Position numbers and translations under genes: made by a program. DNA of 42,693 nt from Cercozoa sp. M6MM (taxonomy: Eukaryota > Protista > Endomyxa: Ascetosporea): NCBI GenBank assembly GCA_040357565.1, contig JBDODJ010000094.1; one strand, written 5' to 3'. The notes under the pieces are model-generated. The model saw only the letters and a list, made by a program, of their open reading frames with translations, was not told the origin of the DNA and searched no databases. Below are positions 11,003-21,805 of the stretch, piece by piece (within the stretch, counting starts at the first letter, position 1; each line of letters begins with the position of its first letter).

Positions 11003-13590
11003 ATGCTACGTCGCCATCGGGGCAAGGTAGCCTCCACTGCAAAAAGGGCGAGGCTTGAGGCTGCACTTTTTGTTTTCTGTTCTTTTCTGTTGTGATCATC
11101 TGTTGTGATCACACGCGTTTGCCCTCGTTTGCTTGAGCACGTACATCGCTCCCTCACCACCCGACTTAAACCAATCTATACTTTGTGCAGAAGAAGAAGC
11201 CGAATGTCCAGGAGGAGGTATGTCTGAAAGCGCATATTTCACAACCTGGAAGTCCAGAAAACGTCGAGTGGGTGTGTGTGGGCAGGACACGCCAGTGATC
11301 CAACTGAACGAAGGCTGGAAGAGTGTTAATGACAAGTGCGTGGTCCCGTTCCTGGCTCGGTAGCTTAAACTAAACGAGGTTGCAGGGAAGAAAGCCAGGT
11401 GTGTGGGCTGACTGCTCTGTATGGTAGCATTGAGGAAGTCGAGCAGGAAGAGTTCGAGAAGCGCTCGATTCCGCAAAAGGATTTCTCGGCGGCTTACAAC
11501 ACGATCTTTAACATGTGCACACAGCGTCCGCCCAACAACTTTTCCGATCAGCTGTATCGTTCTCGCTTTCACGTGATCTGTGATTTTCGACTGTGATTTT
11601 GTGTGTTTGAAGCTACCGAAAGTACACTGAGTCGCTCAAAATCTACCATGACAGTATGCAGGCCTTTGTTCGCTTGTTTGATTATTTGGGAGTGTTATTT
11701 CAACGAGTGCAGATAACACGCTGCCTTCGCTGCGTGAGGCACGTGGCAATCCGATCCAGTTCGTGGGCGAGTGGGTCAGTTTACTCCTCCCCTGCCCCCC
11801 ACCTGCTTTGCGCTATTTACTCCCCAGTTTGACCCTACCTCTTACCCCCTCCCCCCGTAGGTAAAGCGCTGGCGCACGTGTCGCTGGGCAGTGCAGGGCC
11901 TCAAGCGCGTGTTTCAGTACTTGGACCGTTTCTACGTGCGCAACGAGGACGGTGCGCTGGACCTGAGTGCACAAGGTTTCAAGCAGTTCCGCGAGCAGGT
12001 GTTTGATCACTTCTCGCGCGAGGTCTCCGAGGTGCTGCTCGGCATGATCGACAGCGAGCGCGACGGCAACGATGTTGAGGGTTTACCTCCCTCTTAACCC
12101 CTCTTTACCCCCTCTCTGACCTCTGCCTTTACCCTCTCTTACCCCTCCTTTACCCTCCTTTACCCTCTCTTACCCCTCCCTTACCCCCTCTTACCCCTCC
12201 TTTACCCCTTTACCCCCTTTACCCCTTTACCCCCTTTACCCTCTCCCCCGCAGTGTCGATGCGCGAGGCCATTTGGGTCTTTGTGGAGCTCGGTCACAAG
12301 CTGCCCAATGTTGGTAAACCTGCAGTTTTGCCCTCCACCTTACCCTCCCCCTTTGCCCCCCCCCCTTTACCCTCCGCCTCGTTATCCCCCCTCGATGAGC
12401 AGAAATCTCGCTGTACCACAAGTACTTCCAGGAGCGACTGATCAACAGTGCGCGTGCGTACTACAAGCGCATCTCGGCGCAGTGGATGTCGGAGGATTCG
12501 TACCCCCCTACCCTACCCTACCTCTTTACACCTTTACCTCCCTGTCGGAGTAGGTGTCCGGACTACATGCGCAAGGCCGAGGAAGCGGTGGAGTCCGAGC
12601 TGGCACGTCTGTCGGCCTACCTGCACAACACCACCAAGGAACCGCTGATGCGCGCCGTGCGAGAGGAGCTGCTGGTTTGCCCCGACTCCTTACCCCTACC
12701 ATCTTACCCCTACTCCCTTACCCTTACCCCCTAAGCCACCCCCTTAACCCTCCTGTGAACAGGTGCAGCACCAGGACGAACTGCTGGGCAAGGAGACTGG
12801 TCTAGCCTACCTCATGGAGAACGAGAAGACTCTGGATTTGGCGCGTATGTACCGCCTGTTCCAGGCCACGGTATGTGCTTTACCCACCTGTTTGCCCCCT
12901 TATCCACCTACTTACCCCCTACTCATCCCCTGTTTACCTCTTAGAACGGACTGGGACCGGTGGCCAAGTCGCTGCGCAAGCACGTGACCAAGCTCGGTTT
13001 GGACATCATCGCCAAGTCGCGCGCGCAGAAGCAGACGGGCGAGGTGCCTCTCTTTTNNNNNNNNNNNNNNNNNNNNNNNNNNNNNNNNNNNNNNNNNNNN
13101 NNNNNNNNNNNNNNNNNNNNNNNNNNNNNNNNNNNNNNNNNNNNNNNNNNNNNNNNTTTTTCCCCCCCCCCCCCCCCTCTCTCTTTATCCCCCCCTCCTT
13201 TATCCCCCTCCTTACCCCCTTCCCCGGGCTAGGTGCTGAGCAAGGGCAACAAGCTGGCCGAGTCGAACACGAAGCGAATCGAGGAGACGATTCACCATGT
13301 CGTGATGCTGTATGGCTACATCAAGGACAAGGTACTATTACCTACTACCCACTACCTGGTACTTGTACCATGCCCACCTTGTTCACACAGGATGTGTTCG
13401 AACGCGACTACCAAATGTTCCTGGCCTCGCGTCTGCTGGACAGTACGTTGCCTTGGTGATAAGTTGAGAGGGGGGGGGGGGTAAACCTTGTGTATGTATA
13501 GACCGTTCGGTGTCGGAGGAGGCTGAGAAGAGCATGATTGGCAAACTCAAGACCGAGTGCGGCTACCAGGTAGTTTAGTACCCCCCTCCC

Positions 13591-13622
<32 letters not shown>

Positions 13623-14888
13623 ACCCTCCCCCTCCCTGCAGTGGACGAGTAAGCTGGAGGCCATGTTCAACGACGTGAACGACTCCAACAAAGACATTGT
13701 CGAGTTTAAGCAGAGTCAGACTGGGCGCAGTCTGGACGTCGACCTGGAGGTTCAGGTGTGCACCACGGGTTCCTGGCCCTCATGGACCACTGGCAAGGTA
13801 GTCATCTTCTGTCTGTCAGTGTCCGCGCGTATACACCTGTGTGTGTTGTGACTAGGGCGTGCTGATTCCGCGCGAACTCGAATCGGCCGCCACTGCCTTT
13901 AAGCAGTTCTACTTGCACAAGGTACCTTCTGGGTCTAGAGCGTTAAGGGGGTTAAGGGGTTAAGGCGAGGGGGGTAGGATTTACACTTGGTATGCAGCAC
14001 GAGTCGCGCAAACTGATGTGGGCACTGGTCAAGGGTCGCGCCGACGTGCAGGTCTACTTCACGCGTGACACCAAGAAACTGCTCAATGTGACGACGTATC
14101 AGATGTGCGTGCTGCTGCTGTTCAACCGTGGTAGTTTTACCCCCCTGTTTACCCCCCCCCCCGGCCCCCGTTTACCCCCCCATGAGACAGGCAAAAACAT
14201 GTTGTCGTGCAAGGAGATCGTGGACATGACGGGCATCTCGCGTGCCGACATCCGCGCGCATCTGTTGTCGCTGGCGCATCCCAACGTCAACATCCTGCAG
14301 AAGAAGCCTAGCAACAACGTACCCTATCCCTCTACCCTCCCACCATTTGCCTTACTCACCCCCCCCCCCCCAGACGTTGGAGGACTCGCATTTGTTCCGC
14401 ATCAATCCGGGCTACAAGAACCAGTTGTACCGCATCAAGGTGCCCTTCATGCAGCGACTGCAGGGCGAGGCACTGAACAACCGACAGGTAGGCAGCCCAC
14501 CCCCCCACTCACCCAGCACCCTTCCCCTTTACCCCCCTCCCTGCTTTTAGCGCAAGGAAATGGAGAAGCAGCAGAAACTGCAGCGTCGGTACTTTACCCC
14601 CCATTCATTATCTTACCCCTCATATTCATCTTGCCCTTGGTGTAGACACATGATCGATGCTGCCATTGTGCGAATTATGAAGACTCGCAAGAAGCTGTCG
14701 CACACTGAGTACTTTTTCTGTCTCTCTGTCCGTCTGTCTGTCTTTCTCTCTTTCTGTCTATCTGTCTATACGTATGTCTGTTGGTGTCTGTTTATCTCTC
14801 TTTATTTTTCTGTGTATCATCTCTCGATTCGCCTATCTAACTCTCTGTCTATCATGTCTATCTATCTATATCTGTCTATCTATATCTA

Positions 14889-14928
<40 letters not shown>

Positions 14929-15085
14929 GGTTTGGTGCAGACTTGTGAGCAACGTGATCGAGCAGTTGTCGCGCCGATTCTCGCCTTCCAATAGCGACAT
15001 TAAAAAGCGCATCGAGGACCTCATCGAACAGGAGTATCTCGAGCGAGACGAGGACGAGCGCGCCGTCTACAACTACAAGGCCTGA
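11003..15085 (+). CDS. CUL1: Cullin (CUL1-like), ~20 introns, internal assembly gap
   Basis: Motifs YNTIFNMCTQRPPNNFSDQLY, VFQYLDRFYV, DLARMYRLF, YIKDKDVF..LASRLL, KLKTECGYQWTSKLEAMFND and VQVCTTGSWP. Neddylation motif IDAAIVRIMKTRK, and C-terminus IKKRIEDLIEQEYLERD..YNYKA*. The start was inferred from phase-0 exons MLRRHRGK|KKKPNVQEE|DTPVIQL. Confidence 0.95.
12081..12253 (+). repeat. Intronic (C)nTTAC / CCTTTACC low-complexity array (largest example)
   Basis: More than a dozen imperfect TTACCC units filling a cullin intron. Confidence 0.9.
13057..13156. other. Assembly gap (100 N) inside the cullin gene
   Basis: Run of N, flanked on the right by poly-C low-complexity intron sequence. Confidence 1.
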
Positions 15086-15234
15086 GTCACACAGACTCGC
15101 ACCACCTGTACATACAGATCTACACTCCGTTTGGACCTCAAACAAAAACAAAAAATAACAAGATGGAGCGCAAGTATTTGCCTTCTGGAGCTTTTTCGCT
15201 CAAATTCGTCTTCGTTTTTGAAATTTGCATATGC

Positions 15235-15585
15235 GATAACTGAACTGCGAACGCCTTCGTCTCGGCTTGAGCCAGTACTTCTTGACCTGGTGTACTTCTT
15301 GACATGGTGTTTACTGTGCCCGTTGCTGCAGCCTTCTCACATAAGGACCAGGCCGTCGTTACAAGTAAAACTCCTTATAGACGTACGTTCTGGGCAAGTT
15401 GATAACTGGCAAGTTGATAACTGAACTGCGAACGCCTTCGTCTCGGCTTGAGCTGGTACTTCTTGACCTGGTGTACTTCTTGACACGGTGTTTACTGTGC
15501 CCGTTGCTGCAGCCTTCTCACATAAGGACCAGGCCGTCGTTTCAAGTAAAACTCCTTATAGACGTATATACGTTCTGGGCAAGTT
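15235..15585. repeat. Tandem duplication of a ~166-170 bp non-coding unit with a 15-bp hybrid spacer
   Basis: 15235-15400 and 15416-15585 are near identical (4 substitutions, one 4-nt indel). The spacer is GATAACTGGCAAGTT. Confidence 0.95.
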
Positions 15586-17045
15586 CCAAAATTGACGACT
15601 AGTACCCTTGAATTTCTCTAATAAATTTCTTAATGATATAGAACGCCCGACCTAAATCAGCATAACCGAGAACACAAGTAGTACATAAGGTTTAAACTAC
15701 AAGAGCTGTCGTGCAAGGTTTCATGCGGGTACCCAGACAGAGAAGTGTACATGCCCAAGTCACGCCGTGGTCTGGAGGCACCCTCCTTGCACGGCACAAG
15801 TCAATTATATGCCCTTATTGCACAAGGAATGGGTCGGCTCGCCGCTCCATTGAATGAACCAGCAGGTTTTGTCAAAACGACCAAAGACAGCAAGCTTGCG
15901 ACAGGTACCACTTCGAGCGACTCGTGGAGGGCTTGACGCAGCTAGGAATCCTTGGTTTTCGAATTTTGCCTGCGTCCTGTTGTCGAGGTTTAACTTGACA
16001 AACACACGAAGACAGTGAATGCAGATACTGTACAGTACCGTTTTACAAGAGCGACTGTTGCCCATTGTGACGTAATTTAGATAAGTCTCCGTGTCGACAC
16101 ACATACCATCGACAAAGCAATACACACTTCAACAGTGCAAAAGTTTGAAATGCGCTTGCGAGTGCCACTTGAGCGCCGAAACTCGCACAAGAACCGAAGC
16201 AAAGCAGATGCAAACACGATATTGACCGGTTACCTTCATCTGAACACACTGCGATACAGATAGATACCTACTAGGAATGCAAGACAGTTACCTTAAACTT
16301 AACACACTGTGATACAGTTACATATCTACTACGAATGTAAGACTGTAAGTTACAGACCTCCTAGTGCACCAGTCGATGTGCATCAGGTACAGCCGAGAGA
16401 TACCCGTCAGATACTACGACCGATACGCTCGAGTTGCTGGGAGGAAACTGCGAGGTTGCGTGCGATTTTTCGTCGTCCGAGACCTAAAACTTAGTTGGGT
16501 GAAGGATTGGTGGGATATTGACCCGATTCGCACCAGTAACTTAAAGTTACTGCATCAGATATGCACCTGATACGCAGGTCCATAGTAGTTACGCACCAGA
16601 TACGCACCAGATGATACTTCCGGACAGTAACATCAGGAGTTGTATCTGCTGCTCGGTACCTATTCTGTATCAGGCTTGATCTCAAGCGAAATCCTTGTTG
16701 TGCCGCCTGCACTGGTAAAATAAAATATATCCTTTGGAAAGGCAGAGCACAGGTAGTCACGTGACTGTCGGGTGTAAGCAAAAAAGATCCTCCGGAGAGA
16801 TCAGATTAAGCTGCTCGACGCTTCAAACACCAGTTTTCCACAAAATCGTCGACTCTCTTAAGGTTTTTTGCTAGGTCAGCAACTCTCAAAAATGCTCGGC
16901 CAAAAACGGTACATTTGTACAGCATTGATTAAAGGAAAACAGTGACGCAGCTCGTATGTGTTTCCTCAGAGGCCCTGCGCGCTTTTTTGGTGTTTATCTT
17001 GCCCACAGTGAGTATTGAGTGCGCTCGCTACCCCATAGTCTCACC

Positions 17046-18160
17046 ATGGGCAAGGGCAATCTCAGAAAGCTGTTGAAGAAACGCATGTCAGCAGCGTCGG
17101 ACCAGTCTGCTGTGACGTCAGCCGCAGCGTCGTCTGCACCAAAGTCCCAAGCTCAAAAGAAGCGAAAGCCACACCGCATGCAAAATCGGCAGCAAAAGGC
17201 GGCCGAAAAGAAGAAGGTCGCACCAACGAAGGCAGCAAAACCTGTCTCAACTGAAGCGAAAAAGTCGCAGACTGCCCAGGAGAAACGCCTGTCGAAGATG
17301 CGCGCAAAGCTGGAAGGAGCAGCCTTTCGTCGACTAAACGAACAGTTGTACACGACGCAAGGTGCGTCTGCACTGAAGCAGTTCTCTGCTGACCCGTCGC
17401 TGTTTGAGGTGTATCATCGCGGCTTTGCTGTAAGTGCTGTTTTCCATTTCTCAGTTTGTTTGATTGTCTGACTGTTTGTTGGGGACAGGAGCAAGTGAAG
17501 AAGTGGCCGGAGAACCCAGTGGACGTGTTTGTGGAACGCGTGCTCGGCAGGAGCGACCGGAAGCGACTCGTGCTCGGCGACTTTGGCTGCGGCGAGGCGC
17601 AGCTCGCGCGTGACACCAGAGACAACGTCAGCCGTGTGCACAGCTTCGATCTCGTGGCTGGCAACGAACTCATCACAGCCTGCGACATTGCTAACGTGCC
17701 GCTGGAGGTATCCTTCAGTGACATACATATACTACATATTATATATATTTATATATAGATGTATGTATGTTTATGCGTGAGTGTAGGACAACACACTCGA
17801 CGTGGCCGTGTTCTGCCTGTCGCTGATGGGAACCAACTTTGTAGATTTCCTGAAGGAGGCCCATCGGTGCCTCAAGGTCGGGTATGACTCTCTGAGCTTA
17901 AGCATTCTTGTCTTTTCATCTGATGCGATTGCAGCGGAGAACTCTGGATCGCCGAGGTGCAGTCGCGTTTCTCCAAGCCGTTCCCGGCCTTTGTGCAGCT
18001 ATGCCGGAGGATAGGCTTTGACGTGGTGGGCCAACCCGACGCCAGCAACAAGATGTTCGTGCTCTTCACGTTCCGCAAGAGCGAGCGAAAACCCGCAAAA
18101 AACGTCACTGGCAAGCGTTACGCCGACTTCCTCAAGCCGTGCATCTACAAGCGCAGATAG
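17046..18160 (+). CDS. RRP8: 25S rRNA m1A methyltransferase RRP8/nucleomethylin
   Basis: Motifs [40 protein letters not shown] motif [38 protein letters not shown] and LKPCIYKRR*. Three GT-AG introns. Confidence 0.97.
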
Positions 18161-18388
18161 CGACGGTTTACTTACTTTCAATACAGCCGCTGTCTGTTAA
18201 AGTGGCTAAGTTCGCGTATAATGCGCTAATTCCTGTGTCACAGTGGACGATCAAGATTTTGTGAGAGAATCGAGTAGCCATTTAGTGATTCTTGTGGTTG
18301 AAACTCTGTTATAGTGCTGCTAGCGCTGCGCAGAGGGGTGCTCCTGACGCATTGTCGTGTGTGACGCAGTCTGAGAGCGCGTGCGCTT

Positions 18389-19495
18389 ATGTCGGCGCAA
18401 GCATCGTGCGAACGCATGAGGGTAGTTTTAAAAAAAGAGAGTGCGACAGGTGGTAAGATGTGAGATATAAGTGCTTTGTCTTGCAAATAGGAACTGAGTG
18501 ACGAGCGCCCAGAGCGACGTCGCGGGAGGCGACTGAGCACGCTGGATGCGCCGTCAGAGAAGGCCGAGGCAGAGGGCATTGTGGCTGGCCGAGCCTCGGC
18601 GGTACAGTCGCAGGACGAAAGCAGCAGCGACAGTACTGAGGTGGCTTGACTTCTCTTTTACCCCCCCCCCCCTTTACTTCCNNNNNNNNNNNNNNNNNNN
18701 NNNNNNNNNNNNNNNNNNNNNNNNNNNNNNNNNNNNNNNNNNNNNNNNNNNNNNNNNNNNNNNNNNNNNNNNNNNNNNNNNGCCCCCCCCCCCAGCTGGA
18801 GCAACTGGAGCCGCAGCAGAAACTGGAGCGCATGGCGGAGGCATTTCGCACGATCCTGACTTGTCTGGGCGAGAACCCGACGCGACCTGGGCTGCGCAAG
18901 ACGCCGATGCGCGCGGCCAAGGCACTTGCTTTCTTCACGCAGGGCTACGAGACCGATCTCGTCGAGATCTGTAATGATGCCATTTTTGACGAGGACGATT
19001 GTCAGGTAGGCTTGTGTCCCGCCCCTACCCCCCTTTACCCCCTCCCGAGTAGGAGATGGTGATAGTGCGTGACATCAACATCTACTCGATGTGCGAACAC
19101 CACCTGGTACCCTTCGTTGGCAAGGTGCACATCGGCTACATTCCCAACGGCCGCGTGCTCGGCCTGTCGAAACTGGCGCGCATCGCTGACATGTACGCAC
19201 GCCGACTTCAGTTGCAGGAACGGCTCACCAAGCAGATCGCTGCTGCCATCGAGGAGGTACCCTCACCTCTCCCTTAATACTAACCTTGTACCGCCCCCCG
19301 TAGGTACTGAAACCCAAGGGCGTCGCCGTCGTCATGGAGTCGGCACACATGTGCATGGTGATGCGCGGTGTACAGAAGTCCGCCGCCGGCACAGTTACCT
19401 CGTCGATGCGCGGCGTCTTCTTGCAAGAGGACGAGACGCGCGCCGAGTTCATGCGGCACGTGCATGCGCCGCGTGTCGGCGGCCTGCTGCCTTGA
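18389..19495 (+). CDS. GCH1: GTP cyclohydrolase I
   Basis: Motifs [64 protein letters not shown] and [11 protein letters not shown]. The N-terminal exons are less certain because one intron contains a gap. Confidence 0.96.
18682..18781. other. Assembly gap (100 N) in a GCH1 intron
   Basis: Run of N flanked by poly-C. Confidence 1.
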
Positions 19496-19995
19496 CCCTT
19501 CAGTTGAACGAGTCATTTAGTTAAGTGCCTGCCGTACACTAACTTGGAGAACTTGTTACTGTCAACATCAAACGCCTACTAGGCCGACTACTTGCTCCGC
19601 GTGGACGCAACTATCAGTCAACAAGAACTGGAGTGTTTTGGCAAGATAGAGCAAGTATCAGTCAAAGGATACCGTGCTTGTTGGCACCGAAGCAACTGAC
19701 TTGCTCTATCTTGAGCAGGCAAGAGGGTTTTCTTTTGTTTATCAACGAACAAGCCTCCACGTTCAACTGTAACGACGGCCCTACCTTGGGGGAACCTTCT
19801 CTCTTCCGGTATCTTTCGGTTTTTTGGGACGCCGAACGAACACTAAATTAAACGACCTTGATTGTGTCGTACATTCTTACTGTTGATTGTGACGTACATT
19901 CGTACTTTTTGTTGTCAACAAAATAACGAGTGTCGTGTACAGACGGAGAGGAGACAAGAGACAGATACTGTTGCACACGGCACAACCCGCGAGAA

Positions 19996-21518
19996 TTAGT
20001 TCTCACAGCCCAGGTAGGCCGCGTCGACCTCAATCATATCGGCAAGCTCCATGACACCGTAGTGCGGCCGCACGACCGATCCGAGGTAGAGCTTGTCACC
20101 AACGACTGCAGTACAGCATGCAGACTTATTTCACAGACAAGTTCCCAATCTGACCAAATGCGGTACCTTCAGCCTCGGCGACCTGGCCAAAGTTGGCTGA
20201 AGTCGGATCGACCCAGGTCTCCAGCACGCGGCCTGTCGCCGACACGACCTTGATGAGGCCGAGGGGGTCGAACTTAGCGATCACGTCCAACGGGTTCTGC
20301 TGCAGCATGAACTCTTGGATCTCCTCGTGCTCCTGAATGGCCGTGACCCAGTCCTGCGTCTCAGTGTAGAGGCCGACGAGGTACTTGTCGCTACCCCAGG
20401 ACTTGAGGTTGTCCGCGTAGCCGCCAATGTCACTCACAAAGACGTCGTTCTGTCCTGCGCGACTGCCCGTGAGGTAGTAGCGACGCAGACGGCGCGCATT
20501 AGTCCTGTCCAAGTATATCAATTCACACAAAAACCCATATATGCACACACATTCTAGTATTAACAATATGCATATATATATATATATATGCATATTGTTA
20601 TCTGTGAAGGATCAAGTGTACTCGTTGATGATGATGCCACGCGGGTCTCTCTTGCCGTTGGCGTTGCCGCCGTGGCCGTGCCAGAACTGAATGCCGTTGC
20701 CAAAGGCGAGGTCATCGACGAGGATCTCTAGCTCGCCCGTGTTGAGGTCCAGTTTGACCAGCTTGCCGTCCGGCTCGTTGTCTGCGTCGAATACACCATA
20801 AACAACCGTAATAAAGTGCTTTCAAGAAGTTTCAATACCAAGGACAACCGAGACGAACTGCAGACGGTAGTACTTGTCGGACGACGTCGTGAAGTACAGA
20901 ACATTGTCGTCCTCGTCCAGCAGCATCGAGTTGGCGAACTTGATGGGACTGCCGTCGGCGTAGGACGAGGCCAGCACCTCGACCTGCGACGGGTCGCTCT
21001 TGGGCGCACGCAGAATACCGCGGTAGGCATCGGCCACGTAGAGGTTGTCCTGCGAGTCGAACAGAATTCCGAGCGGACGGCCGCACGCGAACTCGTTGAG
21101 CACCGACGTGCCGCACGTGGCACGCTGCTCCGGCGTCAGGTCCGGCTGCGACTGAAAGTACACCTCGTTGGCGCCTGTAGCGTCGTCTGTCACCTTGCGC
21201 ACCGAGCCGTCCCCATTGGAGAAGTACGTCACGCCAGCCGAGTCGTCTGCAGCAGCAACACAAGGCAACTCCCCCTTCCTCCCCCCTATATTTTACCGAA
21301 AGTGGAACACACGGGCAAACGACTCGGGGCCGTTCGCGCCGTTGGCACCCTTTTCATCACCGAAGGTAAAGAGCACTCGGACAGAAGCACATGGTAAAGA
21401 ACTCTACCCTGAGCGAGACCTCGCCAAAGAGCTTGATGGTGTTTCCGAGGACTTTCTTGTCGCACACCTCGAGGCCAGTGGCGACAGTTGCAGCAAGAAG
21501 GGCACACGCGAGCTTCAT
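19996..21518 (-). CDS. Strictosidine synthase-like / APMAP-hemomucin family six-bladed beta-propeller with signal peptide
   Basis: Signal MKLACALLAATVATG, then GPESFA, CGRPLGILFD, LYVADAYRGIL, IKFANS, LYFTTSSDKY, DLAFGNGI, RRYYLTG, GYADNL and KLYLGS. Confidence 0.92.
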
Positions 21519-21805
21519 GATGGACGAGTTGAAAGAACAGGTGAAAGAACAAACGAAAGAATGGCCGTGAAAGGTCTGGAGCGAAAAGGAGAGCAGGAGG
21601 CCCAAACTTGCTCAAAAAAGTTCTCGATGATGTCCTTTTTCGTGATCTTCGAGTCAAGTGGTCGCGATCAACCTCATTAGTCAGCCGTTTTTCTACTCAC
21701 TGTTGCTCTTGCCCGTTTGGGTCGCTTAAGTGATCACCCGGTATCAACAGTTGGCTGTCAACACGAGCGTTTACGGGTGTTCCAACTGCTGCTGCGCACC
21801 AGGGA

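Noticed and set aside
15235-16671. CRISPR-like array or prokaryotic defence system
   Set aside because: Eukaryotic spliced context, no repeat-spacer periodicity, no cas-like genes.
15351-19780. 13-bp inverted match as TIRs of a transposon carrying RRP8 and GCH1
   Set aside because: The TG/CA termini face the wrong way to enclose the interval, there is no transposase, and the genes are housekeeping.
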